Position numbers and translations under genes: made by a program. A DNA stretch of 64,000 bases from an uncultured Candidatus Rokubacteria bacterium (lineage in GTDB: Bacteria; Methylomirabilota; Methylomirabilia; Rokubacteriales; DASRDR01): positions 160,001 through 224,000 of the forward strand of contig CAVPSB010000016.1 of the NCBI GenBank assembly GCA_963708025.1. The letters run 5' to 3'. The notes beneath the pieces were generated by a model. The model worked only from the letters and a program-made list of their open reading frames with translations. It was not told the origin of the DNA and did no database searches. Shown piece after piece: positions 63,728 to 64,000 of this stretch; position 1 is the first letter of the stretch; every line of letters begins with the position of its first letter.

Positions 63728-64000
63728 CACCCACCCCCCTCTGTTCGACGGCGCTCATTATAGCACCGGGCGCCGCCGGCGCGGCGCCCGGTCGCGGCCC
63801 GGCGGCGTATACTGCGGGCGTGGGACCCCGTCGCGCCGGGCTCTTCTGCCTGCTGGTCGCTCTCCTGCTGGCCACCGGCTGGGTGCTCGCCCCCGACGAC
63901 AACAGCGTGACGCCCGGGCTCTACGACGGGACCGACGATCCGGCGGCGGGAGCGCCGCCGCTCGAGCCCGCCCTGCTGCCCGCGCCGGCCCGGCTCATCG

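Overview
A very GC-rich (about 70% by eye) bacterial window. Gene content and intergenic repeats resemble Rokubacteria/Methylomirabilota, but that is inference only. Ordinary content: an aldehyde:ferredoxin oxidoreductase (AOR) operon, several oxidoreductases, two hybrid histidine kinases, two class III nucleotidyl cyclases, tesA-ybbAP, an M20 peptidase and hutUI. Five signals are not explained by the ORF track. (1) Two probable selenoproteins: a DCC-family oxidoreductase whose DxxCxxC motif reads DGG-UGA-GF-UGA, and a DedA-rhodanese with C-T-UGA; each is followed by a hairpin with GGGU at the apex. (2) About 10 copies of a ~90-110 bp G/C-tract intergenic repeat whose 3' end supplies a Shine-Dalgarno (SD) site to the next gene, in three cases at an apparent AUA start. 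(3) A signal-peptide-less S8 protease tightly coupled to an MBL-fold hydrolase beside hicBA, a candidate protease-activated defence pair. (4) An 8.3 kb integrative element bounded by 22-bp direct repeats, with a probably inactive integrase, carrying an orphan RiPP-like precursor and an HNH-like gene. (5) Many orphan gene fragments. Several single-base insertions look like long-read sequencing errors. All calls were made by eye; no database searches were run.
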